Shown here: positions 52,156 through 64,000 of the stretch, one piece after another
How positions within the stretch are numbered: position 1 is the stretch's first letter
Layout: every line of letters begins with the position of its first letter
Assembly: GCA_963755125.1 (NCBI GenBank)
Contig: CAVWIP010000011.1
Location: 32,001 to 96,000, forward strand
DNA length: 64,000 nt
Reading direction: 5' to 3'
Source: an uncultured delta proteobacterium
GTDB lineage: Bacteria; Myxococcota_A; Polyangia; Fen-1088
Translations under genes and position numbers: made by a program
The notes under the pieces: generated by a model
Seen by the model: only the letters and a program-made list of their open reading frames with translations
Database searches by the model: none
What the model was told of the DNA's origin: nothing

Positions 52156-52713
52156 TTAGGCCGCGTCATCGTCTCGCCCGATGCGCCTGCACCAGCGCTT
52201 TCCATCGAGCTGAAAACCTAATGCCTTAAACATGCGAGAGTGACCTCGATGCGTCGAGGTGATGCCGGCGGTGTCGAACGGATATCCCTCGACGACCTCG
52301 GCGCCTTGTTCTCGCGCATACGCGACAGCGCCTTCTAGCAAGGCGCTCGCGATGTGCTGGTGGCGATAAGGCTGAGCGACGAAGAAGCAGAGCACGGTCC
52401 AGGTCGGCGTCTCGGAAGACGTCACGCGAGGCATGGTTCTGGACCGCTCGAGTCGAACGTAGGTTTCGCGAGGGGCGACTGAGCACCACCCAACGGGTTC
52501 GGTGCCCTTGCACGCGAGCAGGCCGATAGGTGTCCCCGCATCGACGAGCTTCAGCATGGAAGCCCTCTTTTGCGTGTCGCTCGATTTCCGCCCACCGCAC
52601 AGGCGATGCAGGGTGCACCAACAGTAGTGCGGGCTACCCTTCGCCTCGAAAAAGCGGGCAAATGCCTCCCAATTCTCGCGCGTAACGGGTTGAATCCTAA
52701 TCTCGCGGATCAC
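52156..52713 (-). CDS. GNAT family acetyltransferase
   Basis: CWC, PVGWCSVAPR, CFFV...YRHQHIA..LL, VEGYP. Confidence 0.88.
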   Translation of the reverse strand: MIREIRIQPVTRENWEAFARFFEAKGSPHYCWCTLHRLCGGRKSSDTQKRASMLKLVDAGTPIGLLACKGTEPVGWCSVAPRETYVRLERSRTMPRVTSSETPTWTVLCFFVAQPYRHQHIASALLEGAVAYAREQGAEVVEGYPFDTAGITSTHRGHSRMFKALGFQLDGKRWCRRIGRDDDAA

Positions 52714-52982
52714 CCATTAGATGTACCGCACGGAAAGCCGGCAAGTCACTAGCGGCCCGGGGACATCGGGGCCACGCTGACGAGTTTGTCTCGCGAGGAG
52801 TCCTAACTGTGTCGCCTTGCCGTTCAGCTGCAAGCCCGCCGCCGAGTCGGCATCTCGATTCCACGCCAGTCACTATAAGGGAAGACGGTCGATATAGAAG
52901 AAATGCGACGAGTGAACACCAGCGTCGCAGAGCTTGCCCGCTCGGAGTAGTTGGCGAAGCCGGCCAGACGAAATAGCACCGA

Positions 52983-54089
52983 TTAGATCTGCGTCTTCAG
53001 CTTGCGCCGATCCGTGCGCCGCTCGATGGCCAGGTCGATGAGGCGTGCAATAAGCTGTTTCTGCGACACACCCGAGGCTTCCCACATTTTCGGGTACATG
53101 CTGATGGCGGTGAAACCTGGGATAGTGTTGACCTCGTTCACGTAGAGCGTGCCGCTCTGCCGGTCGAGGAAAAAATCCACCCGCGCCATTCCCGCTAGCT
53201 CCAGACAACGGAAAGTGTCCACCGCCAGCTTGCGCACGCGCTCGGTCAGTTCAGGCGGGATATCGGCCGGGATCCTGGCGTCGGCGCCGTCCGCGTCCAC
53301 GTACTTGGCGTCGTAGGAATAGAAGCCGTCCTTGTGATGAACGACGATCTCAGCCGGCATGGAGGCCTGCGGCTCGTCGTTGCCCAGCACCGCGCACTCG
53401 ATCTCGCGCGCATTGACCGCTGCCTCCACCAGCACCTTGCTGTCGAACGCCAGCGCGGCCCGCAGCGCCGGTTCCAGCTCGGCGACGGTCTTGACCTTGC
53501 TGACACCGACCGACGATCCCGCGTTGGCCGGTTTCACGAACACCGGGAAGCCCAGCTCCGACGCGTGCGCCAGCGTGGCCGCGCGGTCGCGCGAAAATTT
53601 GCGCGCGGTGACCAAACGCCATGGCACCACTGGAATTCCAGCCTGCGCCAGCAAGCGCTTGGCCACGTCCTTGTCCATGCCGATGGCCGAGCCGAGCGTC
53701 CCCGGCCCGACGTAGGCGATGTCCGCCAGCTCCAGCAGGCCTTGCACGGTACCGTCCTCGCCGTAGGTTCCGTGCAGCACCGGAAACACGACGTCGTCGT
53801 GGCGAAGCAAAGCGCGTGGCGCGATCGCGGTCTCGCTAGTGTCGGGGTAGACCGGCACTTCCAGCGCGCGCCCCACTGCTTTCAGGCTGAGCGTGCGCGG
53901 ATCGCCTGTGGCGCCCAGCAGGGTCTGCTCGGCCTCGGGTCGCCAGCGGCCCTGCTTGTCGATGCCGATCAACACCGGTTCAAAGCGGTCACGGTCGAGC
54001 GCGACGAAGACATTGCGGGCCGACAGCAGCGACACCTCGTGCTCTGCCGAGCGGCCACCGAAGAGAATGATGACGCGGGTCTTGTTCAC
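52983..54089 (-). CDS. ddl: D-alanine--D-alanine ligase
   Basis: FGGRSAEHEVSL, LHGTYGEDG, GSSVG, YSYDAKY, NEVNTIPGFT. Confidence 0.96.
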   Translation of the reverse strand: MNKTRVIILFGGRSAEHEVSLLSARNVFVALDRDRFEPVLIGIDKQGRWRPEAEQTLLGATGDPRTLSLKAVGRALEVPVYPDTSETAIAPRALLRHDDVVFPVLHGTYGEDGTVQGLLELADIAYVGPGTLGSAIGMDKDVAKRLLAQAGIPVVPWRLVTARKFSRDRAATLAHASELGFPVFVKPANAGSSVGVSKVKTVAELEPALRAALAFDSKVLVEAAVNAREIECAVLGNDEPQASMPAEIVVHHKDGFYSYDAKYVDADGADARIPADIPPELTERVRKLAVDTFRCLELAGMARVDFFLDRQSGTLYVNEVNTIPGFTAISMYPKMWEASGVSQKQLIARLIDLAIERRTDRRKLKTQI

Positions 54090-54183
54090 AGTCTGACCCT
54101 ACTACCCGCAAGCGCCTGCTTCCAGTTTGTGGCCTGGTGATTTCGTGGTCGTGGACGTGGCCGAAAAAATCTCCGACCACGTT

Positions 54184-54802
54184 CTATCGCGTCGCTGTCA
54201 GCGCTGCCTCGGACGCGGCGTTCGCCTTCTCCTCACGCACGCGCAGCAAAGCGAACTCGGGCCGCACCGCCACCGCCAAGGACAAGAACCGATCTCCTTC
54301 GCGAAACATCAGTTTCGCATCAACCATCTCGCCAAGCTGGTCCGCGACCTCTTGCTGTGACAGCGCGCCGGCGAAACGTCTGGCAATCTCCTGCTCGGAA
54401 CGGATATTGGTGCAGAAGAGGTAGAGATCACGCCAGCTCCTGTCCAGGGTGAAGACCTGGAAGTCCTTGCGCCGATCGACGATCTCGAGAAATTCGCCAC
54501 CGTCGTAGTAGACCATGGCTTTACTCTCGACTGCCAGCAAACTTGACCGTTTGAGAAATTCCGCGCGTCTCCGCCAGCGCTTGACCGCTGCCAGAACCGG
54601 ATCCCAGGAAACCGGGTCGGCGACCAGATCGTGGTCGCGGTAGGGCAAATCGAGGCGAGAGCCGACGTCGTCTGGAAGCGCAGCGAGGTAGCCCGCGTGC
54701 GACCCGCGGTTCGTGGTTTTGAACGTACGCCGACAGCGCGCCCAGAGCAGCCGAGGGAGCATCAAACATAGCCCACGGCATGGAGACCAGTTCGAGATTC
54801 AT
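54184..54802 (-). pseudogene. Internally deleted RiPP-maturation B12 radical SAM C-methyltransferase remnant
   Basis: N-terminus MNLELVSMPWAMFDAPSAALGALSAY is in one frame and C-terminus ...EIVDRR...LMFREGDRFLSLAV is in another. No CxxxCxxC core remains. Confidence 0.7.
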
Positions 54803-54827
54803 GGTCGCGCCAGCAGTCTACATGAGA

Positions 54828-56918
<2,091 letters not shown>

Positions 56919-56950
56919 GGAAATCCTCAGCAAGAACGCCGCGAAGCTGC

Positions 56951-58297
56951 TTACGCCCGGCCGCGCATCAGCCGTTTGACCGTGCCCGAAAGCGCGAACA
57001 GCGCCGCGCCGGCAATCAACGTGACTACCACGAACATGAGGAAGAAATCCGCCTGGCCGCCCAGGATGTGGAACACCTCGCCCCGTTCGACCTTTTCCAC
57101 CAAGCCAGCCAGCACGCCCGCGCAGCGATCGGACACGAAGAAGGCCAGAAACCAGATGCCCATCATCAGCGAGGCGAAGCGCGCCGGCGCCAGCTTGGTC
57201 ACCATGGACAAGCCCACGGGCGACAGGCACAACTCGCCGCAGGTCTGCAACACGTAGGTCGCGATCAACCAGAGCGGGCTCACGCGGGCACCAGCGTCGG
57301 ACAGGCGCGCGGCCACCACCATGATGGCGAAGCTGGCGCTGACCAGGAACAGGCCCGTTGCGAATTTTACCGGTGTGCTCGGCTCGCGACCGCGCGCCGC
57401 CAGCCGGCTCCACATCCAGGCAAACAGCGGCGCCATCACGATGATGGCAACCGGATTCACCGACTGGAAATAGGGCGCGAGGAAGTCGATGCCGAGAAAC
57501 TGTCGCCCGGTGCGTTCCTCGGCGAAGAAGTTCATGGACGAACCCGCCTGCTCGAAGGCGACCCAGAAGAAGATGTTGAAGAAGGCCAGGATGGCGATGG
57601 CGGCAATGCCGCGCCGATCGTCGGAAGAGAGCGGCTGGTGGACGTCACCTGCCCGCTCGGCGACCCGGCCTACGGGCACGTCGCCGATGCCGGGCAGATA
57701 GCGTTTCTTGAAGGCCAAGTAGGTGACAAGGCCGGCCACCATGCCCACGCCCGCCGCGCCGAAGCCCCAGTGCCAGCCGAAGCGCTCGCTCTTGGCCAGG
57801 TAGCCGCAGATCACGGGCCCCAGCGCTGCTCCCGTGTTGATGCCCATGTAGAAGATGGTGAACGCGGCGTCGCGGCGGCGGTCGTCGGGCTGGTAGAGCT
57901 GCCCCACCATGGTCGAGATGTTGGACTTGAAAAATCCCGTTCCCAGAATGATCAGCGCGAGCCCGACGAAGAATGTTGGCCGGCTGGGCACCGCCAGGCA
58001 GAAGTGGCCCGCGGCGATCACGATGCCGCCGATGATGAGAGCGCGGTGGGTGCCCAAAAATCGATCAGCCAGATAGCCACCGAAAAGCGGGGTCAGGTAC
58101 ACCAGGCCGGTGTACCAGCCGTAGAGGTTGGCCGCCTCCTGCTTGGACCAGCCGAAGCCGCCGGCGGTGCTGACCAGGAACAACACCAGAAACGCCCGCA
58201 TCCCGTAGTAGGAGAACCGCTCCCACATCTCCACGCCGAACAGCAGGAAAAGTCCCGGCGGCTGTCTGGATGGGTTTCGCTCCGGCAAGCTACACAC
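56951..58297 (-). CDS. POT/PTR proton-dependent oligopeptide transporter
   Basis: EMWERFSYYGMR, GGYLADRFLG, FYMGIN.G, GELCLSPVGLS. Confidence 0.96.
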   Translation of the reverse strand: MCSLPERNPSRQPPGLFLLFGVEMWERFSYYGMRAFLVLFLVSTAGGFGWSKQEAANLYGWYTGLVYLTPLFGGYLADRFLGTHRALIIGGIVIAAGHFCLAVPSRPTFFVGLALIILGTGFFKSNISTMVGQLYQPDDRRRDAAFTIFYMGINTGAALGPVICGYLAKSERFGWHWGFGAAGVGMVAGLVTYLAFKKRYLPGIGDVPVGRVAERAGDVHQPLSSDDRRGIAAIAILAFFNIFFWVAFEQAGSSMNFFAEERTGRQFLGIDFLAPYFQSVNPVAIIVMAPLFAWMWSRLAARGREPSTPVKFATGLFLVSASFAIMVVAARLSDAGARVSPLWLIATYVLQTCGELCLSPVGLSMVTKLAPARFASLMMGIWFLAFFVSDRCAGVLAGLVEKVERGEVFHILGGQADFFLMFVVVTLIAGAALFALSGTVKRLMRGRA

Positions 58298-59687
58298 CCA
58301 GAACCAGAATCACGCGCACATCCTTGGTACCCAGGCCATTGCCCACGTCCAGGCCCACCAGAGGCATGGCCACGGTCCGCAAATAGAAGCGCAGGCCCGC
58401 GCCGGCCGAGCTGTGCAGATCCTCGTTGAACTGAAACCCCTGATGAAGCAGGCTGGGCGGCAAGAACTGGCGACCGTCGGATCGGATCTCGTAGGCGTTA
58501 CCGTCGAGAGTTTCCGGCGGCAGCTTGCGATACCAGATGGCCGCGGCGTCGTTGAAGACCAAGCCACGAACGTCAAGGTCCCACAGCGAGAAGAGCGGGA
58601 AGTGGTACTCGACCTGGGTGCGCAGGTGCGTGTCGCCTTGAAACTGCCGGTACAGATACCCGCGCAGGTTGGTCCCGCCGGCCGAATTCTCCGCCCACAG
58701 TGGCAGATTGTCGCCCGCCGTCCCGCCCGCGCGCACGATCAGGTTGTGACGGCGAAAGAAGCGAATCCCGTGCTCGTACGACGAGCTGGCCTTCCAGTAG
58801 TTCAGCTTGTCGTCGCCTCCCCACCGGGTACCCCCGATCTCCAAAGAAAATCCAAGGGCGTTGCCGTACATGACGGCGTGCTGGCGGGCGCGAAAGTCGA
58901 AGGTCACATTGGCAGTCCCAGCGCCCCGCCGTCCACTGACCGCGGCTGCCGGCGGTGGACTGCCTGGACTGCCATTGATGGCCAGCGCGTAGCTGTTGCT
59001 CAAATTGGGGGCCGACCAGAGCACGTCGTTCTGATCCAGGATCCATCCCACCGAGGTGCGCACCTTGCGGAACCACGCCACGCCCGCGTTGACCTCGCCG
59101 CCGTAGGAGCGCAGCTTGGTGTTGCGCAGGGGGGACAGGGGCAGGTCGGGCAGGTCGGCATAGTCGTTGCTGTACTCAGGAATGATCTGTTGCTCGAACT
59201 TCCCCTTGATGGTGAAGAAGGCCCATGTCTGCCACACCGCCGGATCGTCGTAGGCCACCAGCGCGCCCGAATCGACATTGGAGATGCGTCCGCCGATCAC
59301 CCCGCGCTTGCCTCGACCGAAGAGGTTGCCGTGGGCAATGATCGCGCCGCCCGAGATGTTGCCTGGCGAATAGGAAAAGGTGGGCAGCGGAACCCATGGA
59401 AATTTTTCCTTGACCACGATGTTGATGCGCACCCCGTCCTGGTACGGCTCCCAGTAGACATTCACGTCCGCAAACAAGCCGGAGGAGTGCAGGCGCTCGC
59501 GCATGATGTCCAGGGTGTCCGGCCGCAAGAGCTGGCCGATGGAAACGCCGGCGATGGAGCGGACGGTCTCCTCGTCGGTGCGAACCGCGTTGAGAACCCG
59601 GACGTCCGTGATCACCTCGTCCAGCGCCCAAGCCGGCGCGGCGGACAAGCTGACCGCGAGCGCGGCAAGACAAACCAGGAAGCGCAT
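58290..59687 (-). CDS. Omp85 (BamA/TamA-like) outer-membrane protein with one POTRA domain
   Basis: Signal peptide, POTRA, NLFGRG, NLRGY (VRGF-like), GAGLRFY. Confidence 0.85.
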   Translation of the reverse strand: MRFLVCLAALAVSLSAAPAWALDEVITDVRVLNAVRTDEETVRSIAGVSIGQLLRPDTLDIMRERLHSSGLFADVNVYWEPYQDGVRINIVVKEKFPWVPLPTFSYSPGNISGGAIIAHGNLFGRGKRGVIGGRISNVDSGALVAYDDPAVWQTWAFFTIKGKFEQQIIPEYSNDYADLPDLPLSPLRNTKLRSYGGEVNAGVAWFRKVRTSVGWILDQNDVLWSAPNLSNSYALAINGSPGSPPPAAAVSGRRGAGTANVTFDFRARQHAVMYGNALGFSLEIGGTRWGGDDKLNYWKASSSYEHGIRFFRRHNLIVRAGGTAGDNLPLWAENSAGGTNLRGYLYRQFQGDTHLRTQVEYHFPLFSLWDLDVRGLVFNDAAAIWYRKLPPETLDGNAYEIRSDGRQFLPPSLLHQGFQFNEDLHSSAGAGLRFYLRTVAMPLVGLDVGNGLGTKDVRVILVLGV

Positions 59688-59776
59688 ACGCCCGCCATCT
59701 TAGCACTGTCCGAGCTGTTCCTTGCTGTCGACGCAGCAGAAACCCGTGGCCTTCTTGTCTCTGTTCCCCGTCGGTA

Positions 59777-61312
59777 CTAGTTGCCGGCGTCGGCGGTCGA
59801 GCTCTGCGTGGCCGGGACGCCGTTCTGATCGCAGGAGTAGAACGAGTCGTACAGTCCAACCACCGGCACGTTCTGGCCCCCCACATTGTTCTGCCAGGCG
59901 CAGGTCGGCATGCAGCAGTCCTGCATGGTCGTGGTCGTGTAGCCGGACTTGAAAGATGAATCCGCGGCGGCCTGCGCTGGCGTGGTGACAGCCGGGTTGA
60001 CCGCAGGCAAGCCTTGCGACGCCAACTCGCAGCCGGTGACCTGCATGAGGTGGGTCGGACATTCGACACGCTTGGCGTAGATCTGCCAGTTCATGTGGTA
60101 GTACGAATTCGCGGCGTTCGACTGGGTGCAAGAATGGATAGATTCGCTGGTCACAGTGGGCGAGGCCGAGTTGAACTTCCCGCATTGGGTGGCCACGGCG
60201 CTCTGGCAGGTCGTGGATGATAGGCTCGCGGTGGTTACCAGGCCATTGGCCTTGCAACCGGCGATCTGCGTCGCCGCGTTTTCGCCGCCCGAGCCGGGTT
60301 CGCCGTCCGGCGGAAACTCGGTATAGAAATACTTCCCAGAAGGGCTCGCCGGGGACGCGTTCGGATCGCATGCGTTGAAGGCGCCGAAGCCACCCGCGCC
60401 CATGAACACGTCGAAGTTCTTGCCACCGCCCGCCGACGTGTTGAAGGCTTGAACCACCAGAGGCGGTGGGATGGGAATGGCCGAGGCGCCGTTGCCGCCG
60501 ACCTGGGCCACGTTTTCCGGCAGGCTGAACACCAGTTGGTAGCACTGGCAGCAACTGATGGTCACAGTGCCATCGATACCCCCAGTATCCACGTCGTGGC
60601 CCACCACCGCGTAGTTCAAGCCCGGGGTGCCGTCATCGGCCGCCGCCTGAACCATTTCGTCGGAAAATAGCATGAAGCGCGGGCAAAGAAAATTGATTCG
60701 CGCGCCTTGCTTGGTGCCCTCGCAGGCATTCTGCCCTGGCGTACACACGCCGCCTCCAGGACTGGTTGCGACCCCCGACTGGCAACCCGGAATGAAGAAC
60801 TGGTTGATCAGCTGGTTGGGTGGGTCGAGCGCATAGGCAATGGGGGGTGGGCCGGAATCGAGAGGAGCGTCAACGCCGGCATCGGCACGCGAGGAGCCAC
60901 TTGTGCCCGACGAGCCGCCCGAGGAGGATGGGCCGCCCGAACCGCCGCGGCCGGCCGTCGAGGAGCCGCCAGTCGATGACCCGCCAGTTTCGCCCGCAGC
61001 CCCGCCCGTGGCAGGGGTTCCGCCCGAACCCATGGAGCCGCCGCTGGCGGAGAAGCTGCCACCCTGCGAGGAACCTCCCGTGCTCGACGAACTGCCGGTG
61101 TCTGTCGAGCCGCCGGCGCTAGCCGAAAAGCCCCCAGTACTGGTGCGACTGGCGACGATGCCACCGCTGCTTCCACCCGAGTTGCTCGACGGCGTGTCGC
61201 CGCCCTGCCCACCAGGATTCGTGGGAGACGACTTTGCGCATGCCGCGAGCATGACGGCAACGGATAGAAACAACGCCCGGTGCCCGTGGACTTGAAGGCA
61301 GGCGATGGTCAT
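59777..61312 (-). CDS. Lipoprotein with a circularly permuted GH45-like domain
   Basis: Lipobox LAAC, Gly/Ser linker, CCQCYQLVF, VVQAFN, FDVFMGAGGFG, RVECP...TGC, C-terminal TTTMQDCCMPTCAW. Confidence 0.8.
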   Translation of the reverse strand: MTIACLQVHGHRALFLSVAVMLAACAKSSPTNPGGQGGDTPSSNSGGSSGGIVASRTSTGGFSASAGGSTDTGSSSSTGGSSQGGSFSASGGSMGSGGTPATGGAAGETGGSSTGGSSTAGRGGSGGPSSSGGSSGTSGSSRADAGVDAPLDSGPPPIAYALDPPNQLINQFFIPGCQSGVATSPGGGVCTPGQNACEGTKQGARINFLCPRFMLFSDEMVQAAADDGTPGLNYAVVGHDVDTGGIDGTVTISCCQCYQLVFSLPENVAQVGGNGASAIPIPPPLVVQAFNTSAGGGKNFDVFMGAGGFGAFNACDPNASPASPSGKYFYTEFPPDGEPGSGGENAATQIAGCKANGLVTTASLSSTTCQSAVATQCGKFNSASPTVTSESIHSCTQSNAANSYYHMNWQIYAKRVECPTHLMQVTGCELASQGLPAVNPAVTTPAQAAADSSFKSGYTTTTMQDCCMPTCAWQNNVGGQNVPVVGLYDSFYSCDQNGVPATQSSTADAGN

Positions 61313-61656
61313 GGGTTTTCCTTCTGTACTTCTGGACAACGTTGACGCTGAAACTGCCCCACCTGGCACCAAGCCCGGCCTCGCGCACGCCTCAATCATA
61401 CACGAGATAAAGTGAAACGCGCGGTCGGGCCGGGGCCGGCGGGGCGGTGCGCAGGGGTCATCTGATGTGTGGCGATTGTTGAAATTTCCACCCGCAACCG
61501 GCACGGCAGGCTGTTGCCCGGGCCATCGGCTGATCTCGACCACCTGATCCCTGGCGTCATGGGCGGTGCCCAGGACCCTCGCCGAGGGGCTATCCGCGCC
61601 TTCGTGTCGCGTCGGAGTTGTGCCCGTCGCACTTGCCGGGTACGTTACTGTCGCCG

Positions 61657-64000
61657 ATGGTTCCCCCAGATTCTTTCCCGGCCCGCTATTGCCGTTTCGT
61701 CTCCCGCCACGCCGGCACAATCTTGGCCGTGGCATCCGTGTTGTTCGTCGTCGCCGCGCTGCTGGCCTCTCGCCTGGAGCTGCGCACATCGTTCTCCGAG
61801 TTGTTGCCCAGCGACGATCCCGGCGTGGTGGCTCTGACCAAGACACAGGAGCGCATGGGCGACATGTCCTTGCTGCTCATCGGCGTACGCTCGCCCGACC
61901 GCGACGCCAACCTCCGCTACGCCGAGCTCGTGACACGCAAGCTGCAGGCCCTGCCCAAGAACGTGGTTGAGTTCGCCGCCTGCAACGTGCGCGATCTGCG
62001 CTCGTTCTTCAAAGAGAACAAGTGGCTGTACGCCAGCGAGGACGATCTGATCGAGATCCGCGACCGTTTGCGCCGCGAGATCACCAAGCGCAAGAATCCC
62101 TTGCTGGTCGATCTCGACGACGACGAAACCGTCGAGCAGATGAAGGACCGCCTGACCAAGCGCGACTGGTTGAACGACCGCTTCCCCGACGGTGTGTTCA
62201 GCAACAAGGACGGCAGCTACGTCTGGGTGGCGGCCCTGCCGCCCGGGGGCGTGTTCGGCGAGCGGGCCGGCGAGGCCATCTTCCAGGCGGCCAACCAGAT
62301 CATCCGGGACAACGACCCGCGCAGCTTCCACCCCGAAATGCTGGCGCACGTGGGAGGCCCGGTGGCCACCCTCATCGCCACGCGCGCGGCGGTGGAGCGC
62401 GACATCCTGTGGGTCACGGTCACCTGTCTGCTCATCGTGGCCGCCTCGCTGTGGGTCTTCTTCCGTCGTTTCCGCGCCGTGCCCCTGGTCGGCGTCTCGG
62501 CGGTGATTGGCTCGGTCATGGCTTTCGCCATGGCCGAGTTGCTCTTCGGCTACGTCAACTCGTCGACTGCGTTCCTCGGCTCGATCATCCTGGGCAACGG
62601 CATCAACTACGGCATCATCCTCATCTCGCGCTACCAGGAACTGCGCGCCGAGGGTCTGCCCGCGCCGCAGGCACTGGAGCAGGCTCTCGCCGGCGTGATG
62701 CGCGGCACCGGGGTGGCGGCGGTGTGCGCGTCAGCCGCCTACGCCACGCTGATGCTGACCAGCTTCCGCGGCTTCTACCAGTTCGGCGTGATGGCGGCCT
62801 TCGGTCAACTCTTTTGCTGGCTGCTCACCTTCACCGTGTTGCCCGCCCTGTTCCTGGTCATCGACCGCCGGGCCTCCGCAGAACGCGCGTCCGATCGGCC
62901 GCCCATCAATTTCGCCTTCTTGCGACCGCTGCTGGCCCAGAACCCCGGCGGTGTCACTCTGGTCGCCGCCGTGCTCACCGTGGTGTGCGGCTACGGCGTC
63001 CTGCACTTCGTGGACGCGCCCTTCGAGTACGATTTCCGCAAGCTCAACGCGAAGCTGGATTCCACCGAGGATGACAAGGCGTTCAACCGCAGCATGGAAT
63101 CTCTCTTCGGCCGGTGGCCTTCCCCCACCATCGTACTGGCCGATTCACGAGCGGAAACCGAATCTATCCGCCAGGCCATCAAGAAGCAGGATCGCGCCAC
63201 CGGCGACAAGCAGGTGATCGGTCAGATCGTCACCGTCTATGATCTTCTGCCGGGCACGCCCGAGGTGCAAACCCGCAAGCTCGATCTGCTGGCCAAGATC
63301 CGCAAGCTGGCCCACGACCCTGCCCTCGACGTGCTCACCGCCGACGAACGAAAACAGATCGATGCCGTCGATCCACCCACCCGTCTGCACCTGCTCACCC
63401 CAGAGGAGCTGCCGGCGCTGGCGCGGCGGCCGTTCACGGAAGCCGACGGGACGGTGGGCCGCGTGGTGCTGGTCTACCCGGTCGAGGAGAACTTGTCGGT
63501 GTGGAATGGCAGGGATCTTCTGCGCATTGCCCGCGTCCTGCAGGTGCTCCACCTCGACGACGAACACAAGACCATCGACACCTCGGGCAGCGCAGTGGTC
63601 TTCGCCGCCATGATTCGCTCGGTCCTGCACGACGGCCCACGCGCGACGGCCGCCGCCCTGCTCGCGGTGCTGCTCCTGGTTCTGCTCATCATGCGGCCCC
63701 TGTCGTCCGCGGGCGCAGCCATCGCCACCCTGCTTCTGGGCGTGATCTGGATGCTGGGCGTGGCGGGCCTGTTTGCCGTCAGGATCACCTTCCTGAACTT
63801 CATCGCTTTGCCCATCACCTTCGGCATCGGCGCCGAATATGGTCTCAACGTGGCCGTGCGCTACCGGCAGGATCGCGACATGATCCGCGCGGTGATCTCC
63901 ACCGGCGCGGCTGTGGCGGTTTGCTCGTGGACCACCATCGTGGGCTACGGCTCGCTGCTGGCCGCGCGCAACCGGGCCTTGCAGGGGTTCGGCGCCATGG
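61657..64000 (+). CDS. MMPL/RND-family transporter (runs off the window)
   Basis: My translation gives MVPPDSFPARYC...LELRTSFSELLPSDDP, IILGNGINYGII..RYQE, PITFGIGAEYG. Two RND TM repeats; no stop in the window. Confidence 0.88.
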   Translation, partial: MVPPDSFPARYCRFVSRHAGTILAVASVLFVVAALLASRLELRTSFSELLPSDDPGVVALTKTQERMGDMSLLLIGVRSPDRDANLRYAELVTRKLQALPKNVVEFAACNVRDLRSFFKENKWLYASEDDLIEIRDRLRREITKRKNPLLVDLDDDETVEQMKDRLTKRDWLNDRFPDGVFSNKDGSYVWVAALPPGGVFGERAGEAIFQAANQIIRDNDPRSFHPEMLAHVGGPVATLIATRAAVERDILWVTVTCLLIVAASLWVFFRRFRAVPLVGVSAVIGSVMAFAMAELLFGYVNSSTAFLGSIILGNGINYGIILISRYQELRAEGLPAPQALEQALAGVMRGTGVAAVCASAAYATLMLTSFRGFYQFGVMAAFGQLFCWLLTFTVLPALFLVIDRRASAERASDRPPINFAFLRPLLAQNPGGVTLVAAVLTVVCGYGVLHFVDAPFEYDFRKLNAKLDSTEDDKAFNRSMESLFGRWPSPTIVLADSRAETESIRQAIKKQDRATGDKQVIGQIVTVYDLLPGTPEVQTRKLDLLAKIRKLAHDPALDVLTADERKQIDAVDPPTRLHLLTPEELPALARRPFTEADGTVGRVVLVYPVEENLSVWNGRDLLRIARVLQVLHLDDEHKTIDTSGSAVVFAAMIRSVLHDGPRATAAALLAVLLLVLLIMRPLSSAGAAIATLLLGVIWMLGVAGLFAVRITFLNFIALPITFGIGAEYGLNVAVRYRQDRDMIRAVISTGAAVAVCSWTTIVGYGSLLAARNRALQGFGAM

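Noticed and set aside
52750..52980. Small ORF or ncRNA between ddl and the GNAT gene
   Set aside because: Only a ~50-codon frame with no recognisable motif or SD; I cannot support it.
52983..54089. Van-type D-Ala-D-Lac ligase
   Set aside because: The omega loop YSYDAKY is of the D-Ala-D-Ala type, and there are no vanH or vanX neighbours.

Overview
This is a GC-rich chromosomal window. Its gene content (PilZ, DUF4388/J-domain/TPR, DUF1844, many Gly/Ser/Thr-linker lipoproteins) is typical of Myxococcota, probably Polyangia-like; that assignment is an inference. Housekeeping genes are a CIRCE-preceded FmdB-groES-groEL unit, prfA, rpmE, mutY, two tRNA-Ser genes, ilvE, glmU, pgk and ddl. Accessory genes include a T6SS tail/baseplate operon (tssA-B-C-hcp-E-F-G-clpV) with no tssJ/K/L/M, vgrG or PAAR in the window, two Omp85 proteins and several secreted glycanase or peptidase lipoproteins. 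Five features stand out. (1) Beside the T6SS is a lipoprotein with a 34-triplet collagen stalk ending in two tandem Hcp-like domains; a trimer would carry six Hcp domains. (2) A B12-dependent radical SAM enzyme is fused to an internal signal/lipobox-like segment and 7-8 repeated D[M/P]LPP peptide cassettes, a possible self-modifying RiPP-like system. (3) An apparently circularly permuted GH45 glycanase occurs in the same window as a canonical GH45. (4) A PD-(D/E)xK nuclease-like domain is fused to a class III nucleotide cyclase with non-canonical specificity residues. (5) An internally deleted RiPP-maturation radical SAM pseudogene follows an Omp85-POT-prolyl oligopeptidase run. All calls come from reading motifs by eye; no searches were run.
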